DNA of 64,000 nucleotides. Source: Oligoflexia bacterium (lineage in GTDB: Bacteria; Bdellovibrionota; UBA1018). The translations under genes and the position numbers were made by a program. The notes below the pieces were generated by a model. The model did no database searches. It saw only the letters and a program-made list of their open reading frames with translations, and was not told where the DNA came from. Positions 30,669 through 42,268 of this stretch are shown here, in pieces. The DNA lies in contig CAVWVI010000003.1 in the NCBI GenBank assembly GCA_963758495.1, positions 1,184,001-1,248,000 of the forward strand, in the 5' to 3' direction. How positions within the stretch are numbered: position 1 is the first letter of the stretch; the number at the start of each line of letters is the position of its first letter.

Positions 30669-31324
30669 TTGAGGTCTATCGAATCGCAGAAGATCAAGCA
30701 AAACTAACAAGCTACAAAATAACCCAAGACGTAGAAAAAGCCATTCAATTGGAAATGCTGATTGACTTAACCAAACCCTCAATGCCCCACCAAGATTGGC
30801 ATGATCTTATTGCCACACCATTCCGATATGACTTGCCGGTATTGCCTAAATTTCAAGCGCGATTTAGACCTCCCTACTTTTTGAAGAATATCTTTTATTC
30901 ATCTGCTGCTCTCGAAACAGCTCTCTACGAGTGCTCCTATCATATGATGCGACAACGCATTCATCTCCAAACTGGAAAACGTCGAGTCAAAAACGAAACG
31001 GGTACGAGAACAGGATTTTCCGTCAACGCAGATGACTCAAAAGCAGTGCGTATTCACCTGTATCCAAATTTGGCGGCGATTTTGAATAAGTCCGACTATT
31101 CTTCATCACATACCTTGGTGAAGTCAAACCCACAAATTGACTTTATTATCTACCCATCAGTAAGGGATCCTCAGCATCGGGACAACATGGCGATCATGGA
31201 TATTACTTATTTATCACGCCAAATAAACAATGAGAGACAACTGAGTTTCTTTTACGACTACAAAAAGAAAATCGTTACATGGATTAATGCGGGTCTAGCA
31301 ATCACATGGAAAAATATGGGTTAA
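30665..31324 (+). CDS. RES-domain toxin (putative NAD+ phosphorylase/ADP-ribosyltransferase)
   Basis: TPFRY, ARF, FYSS...TALYE, IIYPSVR (R-E-S residues); ATGA coupling to antitoxin. Confidence 0.82.
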   Translation: MIEVYRIAEDQAKLTSYKITQDVEKAIQLEMLIDLTKPSMPHQDWHDLIATPFRYDLPVLPKFQARFRPPYFLKNIFYSSAALETALYECSYHMMRQRIHLQTGKRRVKNETGTRTGFSVNADDSKAVRIHLYPNLAAILNKSDYSSSHTLVKSNPQIDFIIYPSVRDPQHRDNMAIMDITYLSRQINNERQLSFFYDYKKKIVTWINAGLAITWKNMG

Positions 31325-31330
31325 ATCGGC

Positions 31331-31363
31331 ACTTTCGATCTTGAGTAAATCCAAATACTTCCT
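31331..31363 (-). pseudogene. Remnant of the 3' end of a second fic copy
   Basis: 30/33 identity to 31787-31819; translates RKYLDLLKIES vs RKYLDLLKTEG. Confidence 0.75.
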
Positions 31364-31780
31364 GGACGCGCCGCATTTTCTGTAAGCAGCATTTTAGCGA
31401 GGCCGGAACCTTGCCCGCGGAACGTGCACTCGTGTACGATTACAAAGCGCTTCAGCGATATTCTTCCTGAAATGTAAAGTAAACTGCCCAACCAGCGGGT
31501 GGTACCCCTACTTTCTTCACTAATTCGATAATTTGGCCAGCAAGCATATGAAAAACAGAGCACATACTAAACTTTATATAAATACTAAATCCAATATCCC
31601 GGACATCACCACTCCTCACCTCTCACTACCCCAAACCTCCAACACAGAATAAAACGAGGCACCTCCTCCTTGGCAAGCCGGATTGCGGTCTCGTTTTATT
31701 GCAAAGACGTCTCTCGTCAGTGTCTCACCCGCCAAAATAAGCCCCCCATTAAGTCGCTCGGAGTGCCTGGGGCATGACCT
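31364..31780. repeat. ~417-bp direct repeat, copy 1 (abuts fic stop codon)
   Basis: Colinear with 33093-33511 at an offset of ~1729 bp; central part near-identical. Confidence 0.93.
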
Positions 31781-32932
31781 TTAGGTACCTTCGGTCTTTA
31801 GTAAATCCAAATACTTCCTATATCCGAAAATACGGTTTCGTTTAGACCTCGATGTTTGTTTCAAGATTCCATTATTGATCAAGATATCTATAGCTTTTGC
31901 GGCTGTTGGCTTTGTCGTATCTAGTAAGTCTACCACTTGGTTCACTGTGATCACTGGGTGATTCGGTAACAATTCAAAGAGACGAATTGCAGGGACAACA
32001 ACGTCTCCAGCGGCAAGGAGTTTGCGCCGATCGGTTTCGAATTGACGAAACAATCGTTGAGAGGTTTGGATAGCTTCCTGGCAGGAAATACTTACGCCTT
32101 CGAGAAAAAACGCAATCCATCCTTCCCAGTCCCCTTTTTGTCGAACAGCATCCAGACGTGTGTAATATTCCTGTTGGTTTCGTTTAAAATGGAGACTTAA
32201 ATAAAGCAGCCGTGCATCCAACAACCCCCAGGCTTCAATGAGTAAAGCAATCAGTAAACGTCCTAGCCTTCCATTCCCATCTAAAAAAGGATGAATCGTC
32301 TCAAATTGAACATGAATGAAGCCTATCCTAATTAAGGGATTTTCCACAGAGTGCCTGTGGAGATAGTCTTCTAATGACTCCAAGCATCGAAGCATGTCGG
32401 AGGGAGGGGGTGGAACAAAGTGGGCATTACTTGGACGCGAACCTCCAATCCAGTTTTGCGAGCTTCTAAATTCTCCTGGCTTTTTGGATGCTCCCCTTAC
32501 ACCTCGCATGAGGCGTTTATGCATTTCTTTGATTAGGCGCAGCGAGAGAGGAAGTCCTTTTGGATCAGAAAGTTGAACTCTTCCATATTGGAGAGAGTCT
32601 AAATAGTTACAAACTTCAAGAAGATCTGCAGTTTCTCGGTCGGGATCTGCCTCATAATTGAAAAGGTCCGCTAAAGTTGCTTGAACTCCTTCAATTTGCG
32701 AAGAGAGAACCGCTTCTTGTCGGACAAATGCGTAATTAAAAAAGTCTGGGCTGGGAACGAGATGAGAAGCGACTCTCAATTCTGAGAGACGCGAGGTGGC
32801 TTCTTGAAGCTTTGCCTTAATCGTTGGAATTTCTTCAAGAAGTGGATCTGGAGGAAGCGGACTTGGAACAAATGCTCGAACTATTTCTCCAGCTGTGGTT
32901 GTTTCGATATATTTTCCAGTGGCTCGTTGCAT
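31781..32932 (-). CDS. Fic-domain protein (class II, N-terminal inhibitory motif, C-terminal HTH)
   Basis: HPFLDGNGRLGR Fic motif, SSQIEG inhibitory motif, C-terminal wHTH-like segment. Confidence 0.93.
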   Translation of the reverse strand: MQRATGKYIETTTAGEIVRAFVPSPLPPDPLLEEIPTIKAKLQEATSRLSELRVASHLVPSPDFFNYAFVRQEAVLSSQIEGVQATLADLFNYEADPDRETADLLEVCNYLDSLQYGRVQLSDPKGLPLSLRLIKEMHKRLMRGVRGASKKPGEFRSSQNWIGGSRPSNAHFVPPPPSDMLRCLESLEDYLHRHSVENPLIRIGFIHVQFETIHPFLDGNGRLGRLLIALLIEAWGLLDARLLYLSLHFKRNQQEYYTRLDAVRQKGDWEGWIAFFLEGVSISCQEAIQTSQRLFRQFETDRRKLLAAGDVVVPAIRLFELLPNHPVITVNQVVDLLDTTKPTAAKAIDILINNGILKQTSRSKRNRIFGYRKYLDLLKTEGT

Positions 32933-32935
32933 CTA

Positions 32936-33020
32936 TTTCTTAGTAAAGCATTCTTTACTAAGAAAATCACTTAGTAAAGAATGCTTTACTAAGAATTTTT
33001 TAAGTAAAGCGCGCTTTACT
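32936..33020 (-). promoter_or_regulatory. Three palindromic operator boxes AGTAAAG-N4-CTTTACT upstream of fic
   Basis: Boxes at 32936-32965, 32970-32993 and 33003-33020; centres 31 and 30 bp apart. Confidence 0.8.
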
Positions 33021-33092
33021 ATGCTTCTTATATACGCTTTAGATGCCAATCAAAGGTTAAATAGACAACTCAATAAATCGGGGTAGACGCAC

Positions 33093-33511
33093 GGCCGCGC
33101 TGCACTATCGGTAAGCAGCATTTTAGTGAGGCCAAAACCTTGGCCGCGGAACGTGCACTCGTGTACGATTACAAAGTGCTTCAGTGATATTCTTCCTGAA
33201 ATGTAAAGTAAACTGGCCAACCAGCGGGTGGTACCCCTACTTTCTTTACTAATTCGATAATTTGGCCAGCAAGCATATGAAAAACAGAGCGCATACTAAA
33301 CTTTATATAAATACTAAATCCAATATCCCCGGACATCACCACTCCTCACCGCTCACTACTCCAAACCTCCAACACGAAACAAAACGAGACACCTCCTCCT
33401 TGCCAGGCGGACTGCGATCCCGCCCTATGAGCACAGAAGTCTCTCGCCAGTGCCTCACCAGCCAAAATAAGCCCCACCATTAAGTCGCCCGGAGTGCCTC
33501 AGGTATGACCT
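33093..33511. repeat. ~419-bp direct repeat, copy 2
   Basis: Colinear with 31364-31780. Confidence 0.93.
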
Positions 33512-33545
33512 CAATTTTGGAAGCGGTCGCATTGTGGATTGAATT

Positions 33546-34517
33546 CTAACTTGAATGCGGCGCGGCCGTACCTCCACCCTCCGTACTCTCCATACCCTCC
33601 ACACGCTCCGCAATGCGCAGTTTCGCACTTCTGGAGCGCGGGTTTCGCTGTCTTTCCTCTTCATCCGCCTGAATCGGTTTTTTTGTAAGCGAATGGAAAT
33701 AATTCCGCTCTTTAAATTTAATCTTCACTTTTCGATCTTCAAGCGAATGAAAACTCAAAATCGCGACTCTTCCACCTGGCTTGATTCCAACGATCGCCTG
33801 CTCTAATAAAGCATCCAGCTGAGAGAGCTCTTCATTAACCGCAATTCTTAAAGCCTGAAATGTTCGGGTCGCCGCATGAATGCGCCCATGGCGAGCCTGA
33901 GGCGGAATCGCTCTCACTACGGTATCCACTAATTCTTGAGTAGTCGAAGGGAGCTGCCCCGTTCGACGACGTGCAATAATCGCGGCGGCAATCCGTCTGG
34001 AAAATCGCTCCTCTCCCCATTCACGTAACAAAGTCTCAAGTTCACTTTCAGTAATCTGACTCAGAAGTTCTTTACAACTCATTCCACGAGTTGGATCGAG
34101 TCTCATATCCAAAGGACCGGCAGTTTGAAAACTCAGCCCGCGACTCGGGTCGTCCAACTGATCACTTGAAAACCCAAGGTCTGCCATCAGTCCAAGAACG
34201 GGATAGTCTCGAAGGAGATCCGCACATTCTCCAAATCGTCGATGCACGAGGACTAATTCGCCTTTGGCAATTTCTTCTTTAAATCGAATCTGTGCCCTTT
34301 GAATTGCAGACTCATCTTGATCCAAAGCAAGGACTTTGTGTCTTCGTAATTCAGGCCGTGAAGCAAAGGCCTCCAAAAATGCCGAGCAATGCCCCCCCCC
34401 ACCTAAAGTACAATCGACGATCCAATGAGGACCTTCGTTTAGGGGAAGATTCAAAAAGGGTTCAAGCAATGCCTTTAAAATGGGCTCTACTAAAATGGGA
34501 ACATGAACAGTGGACAT
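33546..34517 (-). CDS. rsmH: 16S rRNA m4C1402 methyltransferase
   Basis: HVPIL, DCTLGGGGH, DLGFSS.QLD, PLDMR, FQALRIAVNEEL, SFHSLEDR, NPRSRSAKLR; start moved to MSTVH. Confidence 0.97.
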   Translation of the reverse strand: MSTVHVPILVEPILKALLEPFLNLPLNEGPHWIVDCTLGGGGHCSAFLEAFASRPELRRHKVLALDQDESAIQRAQIRFKEEIAKGELVLVHRRFGECADLLRDYPVLGLMADLGFSSDQLDDPSRGLSFQTAGPLDMRLDPTRGMSCKELLSQITESELETLLREWGEERFSRRIAAAIIARRRTGQLPSTTQELVDTVVRAIPPQARHGRIHAATRTFQALRIAVNEELSQLDALLEQAIVGIKPGGRVAILSFHSLEDRKVKIKFKERNYFHSLTKKPIQADEEERQRNPRSRSAKLRIAERVEGMESTEGGGTAAPHSS

Positions 34518-34531
34518 AGCCGATCCACTTA

Positions 34532-35788
34532 TCACTTTTTTGCGACAGTCTTGTAATGAATCGCACCTTTAAAATAATTTTCGATCGCTCGACGAGCCAG
34601 ATAAGACGATTTCACTCTCCATTGCTTTTCATGGATAGTCAGGGCAGCCACTGCAATTCGGCGAGAGGTTGAATCGGCGTAACCTACAAACCAGTCGTAC
34701 TTTCCGCGAGGATCACTTCCCGTCAATGAACCCGTTTTTCCTCCTACATCCAGAAACATGAAGTCCTTCTTAAAAAATCCTCTGAAAGACCCTCGAGAGG
34801 TCCCATGCAATATCGTTTCTTTCATCAAGGATCGAATCACACTGGCTGTTGAGCTATCCATCGCTATAGAGGCTACTTTAGGCTCTACGGCATAAAGGAG
34901 GCTTCCATCATCGGCCTTGGCTATAGACTGAACCATATAAGGCTCCATCATCACGCCATCATTCGCAACTGCAGCAGCAATGAGTGCTCCTTGAATCGGG
35001 CTCATTGTGTTGTGTAGGGTGAATCCCGATGCGCTTTCCGCTAATCCCCAAGTGTCTTCAGGGATTAAGGCCTTACCTTCCTGAATTTGTACATCGGATG
35101 AGATTTTGTGATTAAATCCAAATCTTGCGGCATATTGCCTTAAAACATCAAACCCAACTGTAAAAGCTCCAATTTTTCCAAAAACCGTATTAATCGAATG
35201 TGCAAAAGCATCTTTTAAAGTGATAAATCGGGTCCAACGAGTAATATTGTTTTTGAGTATCTGGGTTCTGTATAAGGTATGATTTCTGCCATTATACGGT
35301 ATAATCGTCTTTGCTGAAATTTTGTTTTTCTCGATAGCTGCGGCAGCTGTAACCACTTTAAAAACCGAAGCAGAGGGAAAGGTTGCCCGAAGAGCCAGGT
35401 TCCCTGAAATTTGTTTTGCTCGTGAATAACTCACAATAGATAAAATTTTTCCCGTCACTGCGTCCATGGCCACAAATGCACCGTAGTCGGGACTGTAAGT
35501 TTGAAAAAGATTCTCCATTGCACTCTGAAGCTTAGCGTCAAAGGTATATTCTACTTTGGTGCGAACCTTTTCCTTATCATTGAGATTGAGTTCAATTTCT
35601 GCTGGAAATGTTCCTGATGAAATTGAGCTTTCCAATGCAATTGCGAGCATTTCCTTTGTTAAAACAGACTTCTTCGGAGCTACCATCAGACTTTCTGAAG
35701 ACTTACCCATACGAAAGAAGCTAAAAAGAACTATCGATCCAACAATAGACAAAAGAGCCCCGGCCTGAAGGGCCCTTGACTTCCTCAT
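34532..35788 (-). CDS. Penicillin-binding transpeptidase-domain protein
   Basis: SVFK, SIN, KTGS motifs; N-terminal TM; start moved to MRKSR (AAGGAG RBS). Confidence 0.88.
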   Translation of the reverse strand: MRKSRALQAGALLSIVGSIVLFSFFRMGKSSESLMVAPKKSVLTKEMLAIALESSISSGTFPAEIELNLNDKEKVRTKVEYTFDAKLQSAMENLFQTYSPDYGAFVAMDAVTGKILSIVSYSRAKQISGNLALRATFPSASVFKVVTAAAAIEKNKISAKTIIPYNGRNHTLYRTQILKNNITRWTRFITLKDAFAHSINTVFGKIGAFTVGFDVLRQYAARFGFNHKISSDVQIQEGKALIPEDTWGLAESASGFTLHNTMSPIQGALIAAAVANDGVMMEPYMVQSIAKADDGSLLYAVEPKVASIAMDSSTASVIRSLMKETILHGTSRGSFRGFFKKDFMFLDVGGKTGSLTGSDPRGKYDWFVGYADSTSRRIAVAALTIHEKQWRVKSSYLARRAIENYFKGAIHYKTVAKK

Positions 35789-36040
35789 AATTGAAATCTC
35801 CTTTGAAACAAAACTACGAATACAACATAATATGTACGAACTTCGAACGAAAATAGTTTTGAAACCATCTAACATCTAGACTCCATATGCTGCTACCAAT
35901 TTAATTGTATCCACGATTTTTCGCAGTTTCATTAAGACATTTCTGCCTACTCCCAACCATACAAAGCCGTTTGGATCGTAAGCACATAATTTGAAGAGTA
36001 TGCTCTTGTGTCAAAGAGTTGCCAAATGTAAGCTAAACCA

Positions 36041-38688
<2,648 letters not shown>

Positions 38689-38720
38689 GTGATCAGCGGG
38701 ACTCCTTGCAGTACTTACTC

Positions 38721-40702
38721 TTAATCCTGCATTTTTCCCTTGGAACGTGACAACAAATCAGCTGGAGTTTGCCCGTTGTTATCTTTTACGTTCAATGACT
38801 CAGGGTAATTCTTTGCTAGAAATTCAATGATATCTAGCTTTTCTTCCTGTGCAGCATAATGAGCTGGGGTTCGCCCATCGTTATCTTTTGCGTTCAATGA
38901 CTCAGGATATTTCTTTGATAGAAATTTAATGATACCTAGCTTATTCTTTGCTAGAAATTTAATGATATCTAGCTTTCCTTCCTGTGCAGCATAATGAGCT
39001 GGGGTTCGCCCATCGTTATCTTTTGCGTTCAATGACTCAGGATATTTCTTTGATAGAAATTTAATGATACCTAGCTTTCCTCCGTATGCAGCAAAATGCG
39101 CTGGGGTTCGCCCATCGTTATCTTTTACGTTCAATGACTCAGGGTAATTCTTTGCTAGAAATTCAATGATATCTAGCTTTCCTTCCTGTGCAGCATAATG
39201 AGCTGGGGTTCGCCCATCGTTATCTTTTGCGTTCAATGACTCAGGATATTTCTTTGATAGAAATTTAATGATACCTGCTTATTCTTTGCTAGAAATTTAA
39301 TGATATCTAGCTTTCCTTCACGTGCAGCTAAATGAGCTGGGGTTCGCCCATCGTTATCTTTTGCGTTCAAAAATTCATGCTTATTCTTTGCTAGAAATTC
39401 AATGATATCTAGCTTTCCTGCGGATGCAGCTCCATGAGCTGGGGTGTGACCATTGTTATCTTTTGCGTTCAAAGATTCATGCTTATTCTTTACTAGGAAT
39501 TCAATGATATCTAGCTTTCCTGCGTATGCAGCTAAATGAGCTGGGGTTTGACCATTGTTATCTTTTGCGTTCAATGACTCAGGATATTTCTTTGATAGAA
39601 ATTTAATGATATCTAGCTTTCCTGCATATGCGGCTATATGAGCTGGGGTTTGACCGTAGTTATCTTTTGCGTTCAAAGACTCAGGATGATTGTTTATATA
39701 CTTTTCAAAGTTACTGACACTCGCAGACCTTGCCATGTAACAAGCAGGATATTTTCCTAAAATTTCCTGCTTACAAGGTTGCTTGGGAGAGTTCCCGCAA
39801 GTAGTAAGATAAGAAAAATGCTCAACAGAAAAACCACTCGCATCACTCCATCCGTCTTTTCTTCCTTTACCGTAGCTATTAGCTATATTCCACTCATCAT
39901 GACACATAGAGCCACAACAAACCGTCCTTACGCCTGTAATGACCACTGCATGTTTATTGCCGTTCATATTTAAGGGTGTGATAGGTACTTTTTTGAAGTG
40001 ATCTTTTACTACTTCTGCAGCAGAGAGGCTCTCAGATACTTCTAATACATGAACGTTATAAGGAGGAATCGTTACTTTTTCGTGAGGAAGATGATCAATC
40101 AAGTCAAAATGAAAGGTATCTGGATTTTTGGAAATAGCAGCAGCATAGCTTGCGATATCCATGGTGCTGCTTATGATATTTTCATTGATTGAGCTAAGAA
40201 CCCCAACCGCTGATTTTTTACACCCTGGATCAATCCAATGACCACGCGATGATCTGAGCCTTGGCATAATGATGCGGTAAGGCATGTCTTTACTCGTTGA
40301 AATCTGATTTTCCCGGTTTTCTTGAAGTCTATATAAAACAGAGTAGGCTTTTCCACCGTCTACCGCTTCTTTTATGTTTCGATTACAAGAATTCCCAAGT
40401 ACTGAAAAGGGAGAAAGCCCTACTGGCTTTTTATTCTTATTTTGCTCATTGTAAAGGTATTCAAGCATATAAGTAGCCGCAAACCCGTAGCAGGTGCCAA
40501 AATCCAACTGATCGAAATCTTGAGTAGGTTTATATCGATCTTCTATACTCGTTTCGTCTTTAATCCGCTTTTTTTGCCCTGAAGGGCACTCTGCAGGCTG
40601 TGCAAAAGCTTGCAAAGGGGTGATTAAAAGCGAAGCTAAAGTGAGGAGGCCTAACAAGGGGGAGCAGAAGGGGGGCGGCGTGAGGGGCCTAAGCTTGGGC
40701 AT
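38721..40702 (-). pseudogene. Secreted papain-like protease + 8 ankyrin repeats, split by a 1-bp deletion (ORFs 39233-40702 and 38721-39236)
   Basis: DQLDFGTCYGFA, KHAVVITG, IANSYG; 34-aa ankyrin repeats; ATACCTGCTT at 39271 vs GATACCTAGCTT in the sister repeat at 38931. Confidence 0.85.
38770..39690 (-). repeat. 102-bp ankyrin tandem array with a 339-bp higher-order duplication
   Basis: 38779-38980 recurs near-identically at 39118-39319; 339 = 3x102 + 33. Confidence 0.88.
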
Positions 40703-40711
40703 GATCTTATG

Positions 40712-40740
40712 ATTCTAGTGGAATGAAACTAAATCATCAA
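40712..40740 (-). promoter_or_regulatory. sigma70-like promoter of protease-ankyrin gene 1
   Basis: TTGATG-N17-TAGAAT, 9 nt before ATG; both hexamers conserved in the paralogue while the spacer diverges. Confidence 0.6.
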
Positions 40741-40795
40741 CTAGACAGGGTTAAGATCTCCATAAGAGATATATCATAAAATATATCGGTAAATT

Positions 40796-42007
40796 TTACG
40801 GTATAAACGGAAATAATTCCTTAGTTAAACTTATTTCAGGACCAAGGATCTTGAGAAAGTCATCTACAGGAATACACATAATCTGATCATGAGCTTCAAC
40901 TTGTTTTCCTCGATAAAGAAAAAAAAGTTTGGCTTCAGGATAGTCCTGTCCAAAAGTACGCAATCCTTTAAGGTCTTCACTACGAATTCGATTTGAATTT
41001 TTGACCTCAATCGCAACAAACTCATTTTTTCCATAGATCACAAAATCCACTTCCACCTCCGACCGAGTTCGCCAAAAACTTATCGAAATAGATGGATCTC
41101 TATAATCCACCCAAGCCCTGAGATGTTGATGCACAAGGGTTTCTAAGCCTATTCCCTCAATACTTCGAGAATCATCCAGAGGCCCCATGGGCCTCAATGT
41201 TCTGTAGATTCCACAATCAAAAAAATAAAACTTAGAATGCCAACTGAGTTCTCGTTTCGCTCTTCTCTGAAAGACACCTAATCGAGTCCCGATGAGTAGA
41301 TCTTCAATCAACTCGACGTAAGCTTCGGCTGTTTTCTGCTGAACATGAGCTTCTCGACCCATCGCGCTAACATTGAGTGGAGACCCTTGGGAAAAAGTCA
41401 TCACTTCCAGGAAACGAGCAAAACTATCTAGATTTCTTGTCAACCGTTCTTGTAATACTTCTTCTCTGAGATAAGTTCCGATATAAGAACTCAGACTCTC
41501 GCTCGGGTTTTCTGACGCCCAGACTACAGGGAGAGTTCCCATCTCTAACGCCTGAGTTAAACTCCACTGAGAGCCTAGCTCTTTCGCTATAAAAGGATGG
41601 AAATGAAGAGTCAGAGCCCGGCCTGCCAAAAGATCAGCTCCCGAAGATTTCAATTTTCTACTCGATGAGCCTGTTAGGATAAAACGAATCCTCTTACCTA
41701 GGGGTCGTTCCATGAGTTCATGAACTACACTTAATAATGCAGGAACTTTTTGAACTTCATCGAGTATTACGTCGTACAGATTTCCATTTTTGGCTTTCCC
41801 ACTCCCCTGTATAACTCCCTCAATGAGAGAAATGATGGATTCCGGACGAGCCGAGTATCTAGCAAACTCTTGCGGTAATAGTAAGTTGATCATGAGGGCA
41901 TCTGGAAAGTGTCTACGCAAAAACTGGGTTTTACCAGTACCTCGGGGTCCAAATAGAAAAAAGCTCTGTTTTTGAGGAGGCTTACAAAATCGAGGTACAA
42001 GTTCCAT
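40796..42007 (-). CDS. AAA_14 ATPase with C-terminal DUF4143 (PD-(D/E)XK-like) domain
   Basis: GPRGTGKT, ILDEVQ, LTGSS, LAGRA, KFYFFDCG, EVDF..AIEVK; start moved to MELVPR. Confidence 0.9.
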   Translation of the reverse strand: MELVPRFCKPPQKQSFFLFGPRGTGKTQFLRRHFPDALMINLLLPQEFARYSARPESIISLIEGVIQGSGKAKNGNLYDVILDEVQKVPALLSVVHELMERPLGKRIRFILTGSSSRKLKSSGADLLAGRALTLHFHPFIAKELGSQWSLTQALEMGTLPVVWASENPSESLSSYIGTYLREEVLQERLTRNLDSFARFLEVMTFSQGSPLNVSAMGREAHVQQKTAEAYVELIEDLLIGTRLGVFQRRAKRELSWHSKFYFFDCGIYRTLRPMGPLDDSRSIEGIGLETLVHQHLRAWVDYRDPSISISFWRTRSEVEVDFVIYGKNEFVAIEVKNSNRIRSEDLKGLRTFGQDYPEAKLFFLYRGKQVEAHDQIMCIPVDDFLKILGPEISLTKELFPFIP

Positions 42008-42175
42008 AATGAGACTCATTTTAGAGTTAATAACTCTAAAATGCAATAACCCCAAAAAATCTATAGCTCACTACTGTCGCTCAGAAATTAACCGACCGTG
42101 TATAAAACCGAGAGACCAAGCCCTGGTTGGGGCGCGTTCTGTAGGATAGGTGAAAATTTCAATGGAGACACACGG
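41990..42175. repeat. Upstream segment of ATPase, duplicated at ~44113-44300
   Basis: Colinear similarity from TCGAGGTACAAG to CAATGG.GACAC. Confidence 0.88.
42017..42046 (-). promoter_or_regulatory. Promoter with overlapping 27-bp operator palindrome for the ATPase
   Basis: CATTTTAGAGTTA-A-TAACTCTAAAATG perfect arms; minus strand TTGCAT-N17-TAAAAT. Confidence 0.75.
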
Positions 42176-42268
42176 TTTCAGATTTTCCTGTGGAAATAGG
42201 TTTTTTCTCACTTTAACTTTAGGCATTGCCTTGCTTCAATCGTAAGTAGTTCCTTTAGGGCTGTTGAC

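Noticed and set aside
31321..31563. 80-aa minus-strand ORF as a real gene
   Set aside because: Spans the repeat and runs out of frame through the fic remnant; treated only as a possible decayed fragment
31364..33511. Composite transposon or integron cassette
   Set aside because: Repeats encode no transposase, show no terminal inverted repeats, are too long for attC sites, and no integrase is present
33262..33806. ORFs 33262-33483, 33455-33664 and 33555-33806
   Set aside because: Lie within the repeat or overlap rsmH in other frames; low complexity, no motifs
38721..39236. Stand-alone ankyrin immunity gene downstream of the protease
   Set aside because: It is the frameshifted 3' part of the upstream gene: same C-terminus as the intact paralogue, and a TTG start inside a repeat
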